A stretch of 63,152 nucleotides of DNA, filler included, from Rhabdomonas costata (taxonomy: Eukaryota), in assembly GCA_019059605.1 (NCBI GenBank). It is 32 parts of 32 records of this genome, joined end to end, with 100 filler letters (N's around TTAATTAATTAA, not from the genome) between each part and the next. Parts side by side here need not be neighbours in the genome. Positions count along the whole stretch, not along the records: positions 23,753 to 25,628 come from JAHMHO010007883.1; positions 25,729 to 27,603 come from JAHMHO010007884.1; positions 27,704 to 29,578 come from JAHMHO010007885.1; positions 29,679 to 31,553 come from JAHMHO010007886.1; positions 31,654 to 33,528 come from JAHMHO010007887.1; positions 33,629 to 35,503 come from JAHMHO010007888.1; positions 35,604 to 37,478 come from JAHMHO010007889.1; 25 more parts are not named here. One strand, 5' to 3'. A program made the translations under genes and the position numbers. This document shows positions 24,163-35,932 of this stretch, piece by piece. Position 1 is the first letter of the stretch. The number at the start of each line of letters is the position of its first letter. The notes beneath the pieces were generated by a model. That model saw nothing but the letters and a program-made list of their open reading frames with translations. It did not search any database and was not told the DNA's origin.

Positions 24163-25484
24163 ATGAAATGGAGCAGCTCTTGGACTCGGAAGACACCGAT
24201 GATGTATGTGTGCGTGCCTGTGCAAGAGCCAAGGAACTCCAAGAAGCTCCCTAAGGAGGAAACCTCCAAACAAACGCATACCATATGCGCAACTAAGCGT
24301 GTGTATGCCAGGAGGGGCAGGTGGGGCGGGCGCCGGGTCCTCTTGGTTTATCCAGTGATTTCGCACACGTCGCGTTCGAACATGTGTTCCCGGGCATGTG
24401 GTGCCCAACCGCTTACAGGATTATCAGATTGTCCTGATTTCAGCCTTCCTGGGTGTTGGTCATGCCCAGTGGTTTCTTCGGGCTTTGAATGACTCATCCG
24501 CAGTCCTTCCTCGGAACGGGCAACAGTTTTGCCTGGGTGGCAGTCCAGTAATGGGCTATGCTAACTCGTTGCTTAAACATGTGTTTGTGGTGATTCCCTA
24601 TGATGAGCGGTGGTTCCCTATGATTGCTGCTTCTGAATCTGGGTTTATAAAGTACTTACCCTACGTTTTTTTCGTCGTTCTTGCCGCAGATTTCTTGTTT
24701 TGTGTTTTGTGTTTATAGGACGTTGAGCCCGGCAATGAGGAGGCCACAATGAAGCTTCTGACGGAGGTATTTTGTTGTTTTTCTGTTAACGATGTACATA
24801 GAGCCTGAACGCTATAACGTGAAACCCACATTTCCATCATACAAATCAATGCTAGAAGTGGCCTTTGCTCATGAGACTACAGCATTCATTTTGTGGAGAT
24901 GCGTTCCAAGGGTTTTGGAAATCGCTGCATGCTACTGCGACTCGGTCTCGTGTGCATTTTGTATTCATGCGAAGGGTTCGTGCAGAAAGCGATGGAGACA
25001 TGACGGTTCTTTGTATTCATGGCAGCGTCGAAAATGTTGACGGAAGGGATGCCCTGCATAACCTTTTCATGAGACTGACTGTAAGGGCTTTATTGGAATG
25101 TATTGCGCGTTGCCCGGTCTCTTGCAGCAGAGCAGTGGATTCATATGACTGTGTGAAGTGTTGACACTTGAATCCATACGCTTCACCCAAATATAAAAAG
25201 GAGGAAAAGAAGGAGTGGGTGGAGAAGTTCACCCTGCTGAGCGAAGTGCCCATCAAGGCGGACGCCAATGATGACACCAGGAGGTCTTCGTGCCCACGTG
25301 AGACGTGAGTGTAGTACCTTAGTTGATCTGCACGGTCCGACACACACTGAGATGTCAATCCACCTCCTCAAGTTGGATTGCGTTGTGTTTTTAGACTTTC
25401 GTCAGTCATAAGTAAGTCCCTCCTCCCTCCTCCTCCTCTCTACAAGCTGTCATTGGACCGCGAAAAGAAGTTGAAGTTTGTACA
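24163..25484 (+). CDS. Hypothetical protein built from very short exons (24163-24203, 24719-24766, ~25201-25257, 25447-25484)
   Basis: AG/GT-bounded segments give EMEQLLDSEDTDD / DVEPGNEEATMKLLTE / EEKKEWVEKFTLLSEVPIK / LSLDREKKLKFV with compatible phase-0 joins. The donor of the third exon is uncertain. Confidence 0.45.
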
Positions 25485-25728
25485 GTAAGTATGACGTCCT
25501 GGGCGTGCCCAATTTTCAAAACCATTTGCAAAGAGACTTCCACGTGGCTGTAACCGCCTGAGTTGCAGCAACATCATTCAGAGAAGTAACGAGTTGCTGT
25601 CCCCCAACCAACCAAACACACCCACCACNNNNNNNNNNNNNNNNNNNNNNNNNNNNNNNNNNNNNNNNNNNNTTAATTAATTAANNNNNNNNNNNNNNNN
25701 NNNNNNNNNNNNNNNNNNNNNNNNNNNN

Positions 25729-25874
25729 TCGCTGAGTTTATGTGGAGGCATAATGGCTCCGTGTTGGATCCCAACCGGTCTGTCTTTGAGCGGATTCTGG
25801 TGCTCGTGGGCTCCTACGCTCACGAAGAAACTTTAGCGCACCAACTCTCTCTGCTGACCTTGGACGAACACTAG
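25729..25874 (+). mobile_element. C-terminus of a Merlin / IS1595(ISXO2)-family DDE transposase
   Basis: The contig starts (L)AEFMWRHNGSVLDPNRSVFERILVLVGSY...*, matching the YLxEFxWR....F..ll C-terminal signature. Confidence 0.6.
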
Positions 25875-27263
25875 ATGTTGTCTGTTTCCGGCCTTTCCCA
25901 GCCGTGTTCCACTTTTGGAGTTGTGCCTAATATAATATTACACACAGCAACCCCACACCGCCAAAGTCTGTCTTGCTTCTGTTCTAAAATGAATAGGCCC
26001 TGCTTGCTGGGTTCACCCAGAGGTCCGGCCCCAGCCCAAACCCAAACCCAAACTCTTCGGTCGGCCCTGGAAACCGATCTGCGGCACCATCGCCGTCGCC
26101 GCTGCAGCCTCCATCGGCGATGTCTCGCCGCAGCTCAATGCTGGGCAGTGGGACCGAGACTCCCAACGTGAACCCGCTGCAGGGTTCAGCAGCTCTGGTA
26201 ACAGACCTTTTTTAGGCCCCTCCCTCGCACTCACTCACTCACTCACGTTTTCTGTATTTCGGGAAAACAATGCGCGTTCACGGAGACGGAAACGGAGACG
26301 TTTCGAACTTCCACAGGTGTGGAGGGGGAAATTTTCATTTTTCGCCCATATTGTCTGAGCATCTGTAGTATGCACCTGTGGCTGTTTTTCATGAATCTGC
26401 GTGGGGTGAATTGGTTCTGATTCTTGGTCCAGAAAAGCACGTTTTCTTCCAAGAAATTCTTACATTTTGCTAGCGGGGGTTGCTCAGAGGCAACTGAAGG
26501 AAACTGCCCATTTTGATGGGCACTTTTCCCTCGTAGTTTTGATGGTTGTTTGGAAAAACTCTCACTTTTGAGATGAAGCGCGCCAAATAAATGGCCGCGT
26601 CTTGCCCTTCGCACCAGGTTGCTATGGCTATCCCAAACACATTCATGCCGTCCCTCCCCGGCTCGGTCCACTTCTTACGGAGCCCCGTGGAGTGCTTGTG
26701 TTTTGTTAAGTGCTGTGTGTGCAATCTGTCTGCGTGACCTTCCGTCACCCCGCTACAGGCCCGTCGCAAGCAGCCGAGACGTAGCCCCTCACCCCCGCCA
26801 CCACCTTTATAAAAGCCCCAATTATTGCGTTAATTTGTGGTTTAGTCCGAGACAATGTCTCTCCACAACCCCACCCATTTTGAAAGTTCGGTTAAATTTC
26901 AACTGTTGCGATGGGGGACGGGGATGAAAGCACTGAGGATCTTGGACCGCAGAGCGCGTATCATAATTTAAACCCTATGCCAACCGCATGCAAAATTTCC
27001 ACAGCTTGTCAGGGAAATTCGATGACATACTGCACTTCTCAAGGTCTCTCTTGGTTGGGTTAGGTCTGGAAACCAAATCCGCTACGCCTGGCCTTAATTT
27101 TCTCGTGATTCCGTTTGACCTCCCCAAAAAGTCTCCCACCTCTGGCGAGCCCTCTGGTCAGCAGCCTGGCGTGGCCACGTTTGGCCGGTCTGGGCCCAGC
27201 CCAGATCCCCGGGGCGTTCGGGCTGGGGTGACTTCCCCTTTGGTTCCCCCACCCGCATCGTCA

Positions 27264-27332
27264 ATGTCCCGCCGCAGCTCTGTGCAGAGCATGGTGAGTG
27301 CGGCAGGTCCGGAGGTGAACCCGCTTTCCCAG
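27264..27332 (+). CDS. Probable first exon of an unknown gene (MSRRSSVQSMVSAAGPEVNPLSQ)
   Basis: ATG after a pyrimidine-rich stretch, 23 codons, strong CAG|GTATGC donor. Confidence 0.4.
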
Positions 27333-27477
27333 GTATGCGCTGCATAAGGGGAGAGGCAGGCAAATGCGCATTTTTCTGGCCTGTGCACACGATCAACCAG
27401 AAAACCCATCGCAGAAGTTCGTCCCGCGAGTCTTCGAGCGTTCACCCCATTTAAACCAGAATAACATTTGGTTGCAT

Positions 27478-27603
27478 GTGGTCTGCTTTCAAGTGGGGAG
27501 ATACATTTAGGCATCTCAGATGTGCTGTTTTTCTACGCTCGAGCGTAGAAAAACAGCACATCTGAGATGCCTAAATGTATCTCCCCACTTGAAAGCAGAC
27601 CAC
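27478..27603. repeat. Perfect 126-nt palindrome at contig end (fold-back artefact)
   Basis: 27478-27540 is the exact reverse complement of 27541-27603. Confidence 0.95.
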
Positions 27604-27703
27604 NNNNNNNNNNNNNNNNNNNNNNNNNNNNNNNNNNNNNNNNNNNNTTAATTAATTAANNNNNNNNNNNNNNNNNNNNNNNNNNNNNNNNNNNNNNNNN
27701 NNN

Positions 27704-29578
27704 GGTGGTGTGTAGCCAAGGTGGTTGGAACAAAAAACTTTTGGGAAAGGTGGATGGGGTACAAGTAGTGCGGGGCACATGTGCGTTGCCAATGAAGACC
27801 GATTGACGACAGTCGGTCCCAGAAAACCTCACTGGTTCGGGGTTCACCCGCAACTCGTGGGCGCACAGGTCGCACGCATGCGACTAGCGCAAAGAATTCC
27901 CCAGAGAGATTCTCCAGCAAAACACCGTTGTCGAGGACTCTCATAAGATCCTGTAATGCAGGCGATGGCCAAGAATGGCTTAAGTACAAGCCGCGGTAGT
28001 CATCCGAATAAAGGAACGAAGATGAATTGTCGACGTACACACTGAAGTTCAGCTTAAGTCGGGGTAGCTGCACGCTCTTGAGCTGCCCACATGAGTCAGC
28101 CCACATCAGAACATGGGAGAGATCATCGAGGTGGGTCAGAGAATCAAGCAATCCGGCTAGTCCCGAATCCGCAGGAGCGTGAAGAGTGTCCACCAGAAAC
28201 AAATCATCATTGCGTGGCTCTTGAGTAATTGCTTCAGACAAGTACGGACGCTTTACGACCTCTGCGCAAACCCCGGGAATTCGCGTGGATGGGACAATCC
28301 CGCTTTGAGGCTCATTGGGGCTACCATCAGTCCAGATATTCTCGGTGGGACCGAACCTTGAAAGCCGCAAATGGAGCCGAAAATTTGCGTTATTCTTAGG
28401 TACACCAATGATAGATGGAAGGGGACAACGCTCGGAACAGGGAGTTCGCCAAAAATGGTGCATGCTCACGAGCTCTTCGGGCAAAATCCCGGCAAGAAGG
28501 GTCGGTGAAACGTAGATCCTTTCGCCAGGTTCATCGCTTGATGTTCGGCGGAGTACATACGAGTCCGTGTTGTACTTGGTAGGAAGAAAGAGTGTACAGA
28601 GATCACCTGTCTTCACGCCTCCGACGGTGGACAGGAGGCGCTCATGAGGCTCCCATAGGCTTTTTCTGTCCTCAATGCTGGGCTGCAATGCGCAGAAACA
28701 GGTTCGCGTGTTCGTTGTCATCACCAGTGTCCGAAAGACGTGATTTCCTTGGAGCTCAGTGCGATACAAATGCAACGATTTGGGCATCTTGTAAGCGTAG
28801 GCCTCATACCACACGCATCCCCTGAAGTTGGGATGACAAATCTGCAGATATACCACATGACCATCTGCGCTGCCGCATCCACTCTTTGAAGCAAAGCAGC
28901 GTTTCCGCTCGCTAATGCTGAATTTCAGCAAGACCGTCGTCACCACAGCAGCAGCCAGAACAGCAGTAGTGACAGCAGATGTCACTTCTGTCCCACCTTC
29001 AGGGGTGTAGTCCGGAACGGTGAGCAGCTCCGGGTTCCACAAAAAAACCCGTCCATCGACATCCACATTAATGCCTCCGTCAGATGAAACCTCCACGACT
29101 TTCCCATGTTTGCCAGACAACTCCATCATTTCAGCAAAATAATATGGATAGTAACCAAAAAAAGCTCTCGTCAGCCGCTTAATTTCCTCCGGGGACACCG
29201 CTCGAACGCTCACTTGCATATCAATGAAAAACACAAGCTTCATGGCACACCTCAAACAAAGGTCAAACTTGCACAGTGAACAACGATACAACGATACACC
29301 AGTGCCACCCTCGCAATTTCTGCATTGCTTCAAGGTGTTGGGAGCAGCTGACGTCGGCTTCAGGCGATGGCCCTGCGTGCATTTCAGGTTTTCCGTAGTA
29401 TTGGGCGGAAGCCCTCTTGTCCGAGGATCGAAGTCACCGTCACTTTCGTCACTTTTCTGAGCCTTTTGCTTGCTGTCCATGGAATCGTCACCGAAAGCTT
29501 CCAAATCGCCTCCTTTTTTTCTAGGCCTTCAAACCACACAAAATACCTCTGGTGAACGGGGTCCACAATTTCTTTCAA
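27704..29578 (-). CDS. Large intronless protein fragment: ZZ-like Zn finger, Mind-bomb SH3-like repeat, DUF3638/DUF3645-family-like region
   Basis: About 600 open codons with CTQGH...CRNC...YRCSLCKFDLCLRC, then MQVSV...GKHGKVVEVSSDGGINVDVDGRVFLWNPELL, then VQLPRLKLNFSV...LYSDDYRGLYL and HYLYPIHLSQKFFVPTTL. Probable frameshift at the A-run ~29514-29521. Confidence 0.75.
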
Positions 29579-30412
29579 NNNNNNNNNNNNNNNNNNNNNN
29601 NNNNNNNNNNNNNNNNNNNNNNTTAATTAATTAANNNNNNNNNNNNNNNNNNNNNNNNNNNNNNNNNNNNNNNNNNNNATGGACTTCGGGATATTTGGTT
29701 TTCGTATGGTTCATGGAAGATTGACTGCATGAGGTTCCATGGGCCCGCCCTCCTGTACGTAGTCTGGCCCTCGGGCCTCTATGACGAGGCTAATGTCCGC
29801 TCCTGCCTTTTCCATGGCAAGCAAACTGACTGAGTTTATTGATTTTGTAGCCAGAAGAACTTTTTCCTTAACCTTAACCGTAAGATTGTTAGCCACTCCT
29901 TCAGCAGTGTACCTTTTTTCCTGATGGAGCACATTTGCGATCCACTGATGGTATCGTGTTCTTGATCTCGCGTGGGTTTAAGAAGCGATGCACGTGTCCC
30001 CTAGAACAGGATATTTCATTTCGCACGGGGTTAGGACGCCACGCACGTGTCCCTAAATAAGGTACACTACTGAAGGTGTGCCGATTGTTACAAAAATGGG
30101 TAAGCCAAGTGATTTATAATTTGTGAATGCAAGGTGAACGATTTTCCTTTTGTTTTGGGAGTTGGGGCGAGGCTAGGGCTCCAATAATACTGCTGCCCCG
30201 TTGTCTGGGGGTTCCTGATCCAGTGGCAAAGTGCGCTCCCCTCCCACTTCGGTTGCCTAACGATGCTGCACAACTGGAATAAGTCCAGTTTGGGGGCGGA
30301 GGCCGTTGTACGGCCGAAACGGGGGGATCTCTATAGCGTAGTGGTGTGTGAGGGGTCGTGGATCGGTGCATATGCGCCGTTTTGTAACATTTTTGGACAA
30401 AAAATTGTGCAG

Positions 30413-31553
30413 GGCCGCATCGTGCTTCGCGTCAACCGCCCTCCCGTGGCGTACAATCTCACCTTGTCGGCGGTCGCGGGAAAGGCCATCCTGTTCTTTC
30501 TGCCCGCCTCCTCGGGCAACCACGAGGTTCTGACCTGCAGCGTTGCCAGCCTGCCCACCAGAGGTGTGTCTCGGGCGTCACCTAGCCCCCCACCGACCCA
30601 CCACCGTCACACCCCATCTTTTCACCTTTCCTTCCCCACGGTCTACATCGCGATGTCTTATCATCGATCTGCTAGATGAATTTCCTGGTGGAATGATGAG
30701 TTGTCGCTTTTTCCTTTCCACCCCTTTATTGATCACCCTCCCTGGGTGACGATCCTCGGCTAATAAGGGGACGTCTCCCTGCCCGACGCACAAACTCCTT
30801 TCCACCCCTTAACCCAAATGCGTTTACAACTGAGATGAGGTCCGATCGATTACAATTGATTAGCACCCATCTCTATCAAGCTCTTTAGAATTATGCTATT
30901 TTGCAATCCCCCCCGTCTTCAGTGTCGCAGATCGTTTAAAGCAGGCTGTGATGTGTCGAATTTGTGCGCCGTTCAGTCACTTTTTTGACCGGTGGATTGC
31001 TATGAGTTAAATGGAATCAATTGGGGCCCGCAGGCTTAAATGGAGAAACGCTCACCGTCTTGCTAGAAGGCAATGTTGCCCCGTTGTTCGACGTTCGCTG
31101 CGAGACGTTCCGGTTTTTCTCCTTCCCTCAATCCCATAGCCAAATAAAATCCTGAGGCACGCAGCGATGTATCCCGCGCCCTTCTCCCTCTGAAAGAAAA
31201 GCAATCGAGAAAAAAAGCGCGGGAGGAAGGGGCCAAAAAGGTGGAGGGGAAAACAGGGGAAACAGGGGAAGGCAACTAGAGTTCTGAGAGGGTACGCCTT
31301 TTTGTGCAGGGACGTTGTGGCAGACTGCGAACCCGGAGATGCAGCTGCCGGAGCTTCTGATCATCGATCCAGGCACTGTGGTGCGGAACCCGGCGTGCGG
31401 GCTGGTATTTCGGAGCACGGGGGCGGAGTGGGGCCTGGGATACTCCTCGTTCACCTTCACCGTCTCCCAGAGCCCAGAGTTCCAGGCCGATCTGATGCAT
31501 CCCCCGGTCGGGGGGACGGTGGCGATCAACGTGGCCTTCGCAGACACCAACAC
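30413..31553 (+). CDS. Bacterial-type Ig/cadherin-like (Big_9-like) domain, two exons (30413-30563 and 31310 to contig end)
   Basis: Spliced product VNRPPVAYNLTLSAVAGKAILFFLPASSGNHEVLTCSVASLPTR-G-TLWQT...GLVFRSTGAEWGLGYSSFTFTVS...GTVAINV follows the N.PPVA...L.y.i...P..GtL...G.dsFtftVs...tV.ItV pattern. Phase-1 GT-AG intron. Confidence 0.7.
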
Positions 31554-33774
31554 NNNNNNNNNNNNNNNNNNNNNNNNNNNNNNNNNNNNNNNNNNNNTTA
31601 ATTAATTAANNNNNNNNNNNNNNNNNNNNNNNNNNNNNNNNNNNNNNNNNNNNAAGAAAGACGTCAGGTTCCCTCGCCCGACTTCGGACGCAAGTCGGAG
31701 CCGTCCCATCCTGAAGAAAGTCACGCTATTGGGGCCACCCAAGGTAAGCCGGGACAGCGCCCACTTTGCGAAAGCATAGTCGGGATACGGCTGCTGAACA
31801 CCGAGACCAGTGGAACCAGCGGCAGACGCCTGGTTACACGTAAGTGGTGAGGTTGCAAGCCGGGCCGTGGCATCTACACCGGTCCATTTCGTTCACAAAA
31901 CAGCTTATCAATGAGCTGAAAATTCCGTTGCGCATCACTACTCTCAGGGACCCGCCCGTCTTGAGCGCACCCGCGCCGCCAACCAACTGTGGACAGCCAG
32001 GAGCTGCGTCCCATCCCGTCAGGTGCCTTGTCTGACCCCAAGTTACTGCGCCAGTATTCTGGTACGGCAATACCGCCAAAGAGCGCCAACACTGGAGCTG
32101 ACACGAGTAGGAAGAGGCAACGGCACTGAAAGGGCAACCAGCAGCACCACTCCACTCCCACCCTCACTCCTACCATTCATGCCCGCATACACACTTGCAC
32201 CATGTAGGCCGGAAGGCTTTTCCGCCACACGCCACACCCCACGGCATATTATTCATGTTTCCGTTTTTGCCTCCTGGAATATTGCGGTTTTTTGTATCGT
32301 GTTTCTTAATTGTGGGTGTTGTTTTCCCCGTGTTTTGCCGTGTTGTGCTTTGGTTTTTCTCTCTTTTAGCTCTTCGGCACTAGACGTTTTGCCACCAGTA
32401 TTTTTTCAAGCGCCACGCGCCACATTTGTGCCCTTCCCTGTGGTACATGCAGCTACCTTCGTACTCTGTTTTGCAAAACTTCAAACTTCTTCCTATCCAA
32501 CGTCGTGTTTAGTTTGTTTACCACGCGCCTCTCTTAAAATTTTTCGGGAAGTTTGATTTGTCCATTTTCACCTTTCATTAAGTAAATTAATTGAGGTCTT
32601 TCAGCAAAAAAATGCTTTTCGAATGTGGCCCAAAGAAAATTTGAAATATCAATCAGTTTCAAAAAAATAATCAAAAGCGGAAAAACGTGAGTAAACACAA
32701 AAATGTCCACAGCATAAGCTCACGCAAAAACTCAAACATTCTGCGTTTTAAGTGTTTTTGTGGTCATCTTCATGCTGTTTTTGGTTACTCTATTTTGAGA
32801 TTCATGGGCTTTGCGGTGCGACTATTCCTTATGATGCCTTCGTCGTAGCCGCGGCCGCTGCCGGAGGGACCAATTGAACTGCCATCGCCCTTTGGCTTCT
32901 ACATTGGCTGCCTCTTGACCTACAGCACTTCAGTACTGCGGACCGTTCAATAAGACCCACATTGGCCCAAATGGAGCCCAATGTACGTCCAAAAAACTGT
33001 GGTAACTGGAACCGCAATGCCACCAGTCCTGGTCCAACTCAATGGTTGAAAATGGATCACCGATGTACGGAACAACTACGGTTCGCGAAACCCTTCCTCA
33101 CTCCCCTAGTTTCATCCCACCTCCAGCTTTCCCTCAGCCTTTTGAGGCGTATGTCTCTGACACGCCGTAGCGGATGACATGGCTCACACCCTTGAATCTA
33201 GTTCAGTTGTCCTGTTCCTTAGCTTTGCTTTTATTTGCTTTAATTTGCTTCAAACAAGATTATTGGCGCTCGTATACGACGTGCACCCCCCCTACCCAAG
33301 TATACAACATGCACCCCCATGCACTCCGGGAAGAAGCCGCAAGAAACATCACGTCTAAGCCAGAAGCCAAGAAGTAGCAGCGTGTCTAAAGAGACGCTTT
33401 CTTTCCAAGGAGAAGCATAATGGAGTGGAAAGGGCAGGCGGAGGAAGAGAGAACGTTTCGGCGCCACATCCACTCATAAAGATGGAGCTCAACCCTGCAG
33501 GAGAGCACACCATGCATAGCACGAAAGTNNNNNNNNNNNNNNNNNNNNNNNNNNNNNNNNNNNNNNNNNNNNTTAATTAATTAANNNNNNNNNNNNNNNN
33601 NNNNNNNNNNNNNNNNNNNNNNNNNNNNTGTTTTGTTTCTGAACTCGGTTCAAAAACAAGCAAGAAACGAAAACAAACCACTGGAGGGGAACGGCAACGC
33701 CCCGAGGGACGGGCAGCCTCCTTCTGCAGCACACGCTTCTCGTCGAACCACACTGCTGCCCCCGAAGGACACAC

Positions 33775-34993
33775 GAAGGCACTCCTGGCGGATCGCCGGA
33801 GACAGTTGTGGTTGTTCATCCCAGGCACGAAGACTCCTGGGGCGCACTGTGTCGGGGCCAGGGCGTGAAGGTTGACCTTCGTCTTCATCACGTTGGAGCA
33901 GACCTGGGCGTCCCTGCGGAGGACCTCGTACTTGTACTCTGCTGCAAGCTCCTCCAGCACTTCTTCCACAGACTCGCCCTGTGGAAGGGCAGACCGTAAA
34001 TAAAGATGGCGTTAGTTCAGTGCTAAGTCGCGCCACAGACATACAAGTCCTGTTGTAGGTGGAGTTTCAGTGTAGCAGCCGAAACATCTCAAACTGGCAC
34101 AGGGATGGGGGGAGGGGGCGGTGGTAATCGCCATGACTTCGGGTGGCCATGCCTTTTCAGGAACATCTATATGGATTAAGAGTTCCGCAGGTTTGAGTGC
34201 ACGCAGGATGGACACAGGACTGAAGCAATGTGGCAGCAACTTTGGCGCGGAAGCACAAAGGTACAGTTGCATAGAAAAATGAACAGGACGGCAGGGGTGG
34301 AGTGGGAAAGGGAAAGGGTTTTGGTCAGGGAAAATTGGCCGGCGGGGTGTGGGGCTCCTGAAAACCACCTAAAATCCTGAAAAGCTGGTTTACAAAAGTA
34401 ATTGCAAAGCGACCGTCCAAAAAAGCCTCGCTGGCAAGAAAGCCCAAATCCAAACAATCAGGCCCAACTGTCCAAATGTGACAAAAAATGCGTCCGAAAT
34501 CAACTCAGGTTTCTCCAACCACATCTGCAGCATAGCAAAAGGAAAAACGAAGCCAAAGGAAAACATGGGAGCCAAGGGAAAATACAACAACCGCTGCAGA
34601 GCGAGTGTGAATCTCTTCGAGGGTGCCGTCAACGAAGCCCTCCACCAGCACCGCCAGTTCGCTCGTCGTCAGAGACCGGGGCAGCATGCCTACAATCAGC
34701 CTGGCCGATGGGCACAGGTGAGCCTCGAGGTAGGCTCGGTGTTGTTTCAGGTGGGCGCGAGCATCACTGAGCTGCTCAAAGATCTTCATGACATCAACTC
34801 CTGGGAACGCGTGTCGCAGGAATGGCAGAGAGCCAGCAAAAAAAAATCATGTGCATGCGACCTACAGCCGCAGTGTGCTTCACAAAAACAGGAAAGCACA
34901 TACCACATACCTGGGGGTGCGATTGTTGCCCCAAATAAAAATCGACCGAAGCGACAAACCTCGACCAAGGTCGGTGTTGACCTTCGCCACCCC
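33775..34993 (-). CDS. Hypothetical protein, three phase-consistent exons (34993-34960, 34800-34592, 33978-33775)
   Basis: GT-AG joins give GVAKVNTDLGR-G-VDVMKIFEQL...EEIHTRSAA/GESVEEVLEELAAEYKYEVLRRDAQVCSNVMKTKVNLH. No family recognised. Confidence 0.6.
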
Positions 34994-35782
34994 CTGCGCC
35001 GACAAAGAGGAGATGAGAGAACTCTCCCAGCTGCTGAGGGATCGGTGGAGACGCTCGCCAAGAGCGCGCAGAGCAACCGAGGAGAAGTCGCCAGGAGACA
35101 TGTGAAGGATGCCCACAAAAAAGGTACACTGAAAAAATGATAACAAAAATAACAGATGCGAAAAAAGCAGATGGAAGACACTGCTTCCTTAAGATTGCAC
35201 GCTATTTCGCAAACAATCTACACCAGATAACCAGTTCCTTAAAAAAAAAATCCAAGTGAAAAACTCGACTGGTCACAATGAAGTGGAACACTCGTAAAAT
35301 GCTCTGGCAAGCATGACGCACTAACTGCATTCTGTCGGCACGCAGGGCTGGAAAAAAGAGCCGAAAATTGTCGAGACCAAAAATGCGTCAAAAAAGTGCA
35401 AAACAGTGCGAAAACATGCAAAAGAAAAAGTGCATTTCCAGCCAAATTTTGCGGATGGGGTCGAAACTTCGAGATGCAGCCATTCGAAAATTCAACCCCC
35501 CACNNNNNNNNNNNNNNNNNNNNNNNNNNNNNNNNNNNNNNNNNNNNTTAATTAATTAANNNNNNNNNNNNNNNNNNNNNNNNNNNNNNNNNNNNNNNNN
35601 NNNGTGTTGGGTGTGGTTGGGTTTTGTGTTGCTGTTTCGTGCTCTTCCCTCTGCTGCACTATTCCCAATTCTTTCGCTCTCTCTCTGCTTCCCTGCTTCT
35701 CTGTTTCGTGGACCATTGGAAATGAACATTTGTTGCCCCAGTAATGACTTGTTGTTTTGGGGTGTGATGTGGTGGCGGACAG

Positions 35783-35932
35783 GCCGGGGGTCATTGTACG
35801 AGCCCTTCCTGAGGGCCTTCGCGGGGTTTCAACCCCAGGTACATATTGGGGCGGAGCCAACACAGACCTTCCACCACCTCGTCGTGGCTCACGTCCTGGT
35901 AACCTCAAAATCCGGGTTCTCTTACTTCGCGG
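35783..35932 (+). CDS. Glycosyltransferase-like exon (GT11/fucosyltransferase-type C-terminal motif)
   Basis: QVHIGAEPTQTFHHLVVAHVLVTSKSGFSYFAG resembles the TFHhmv.ADvLv.SkSsFSy.aa motif. G|GTACGT donor. Confidence 0.6.
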
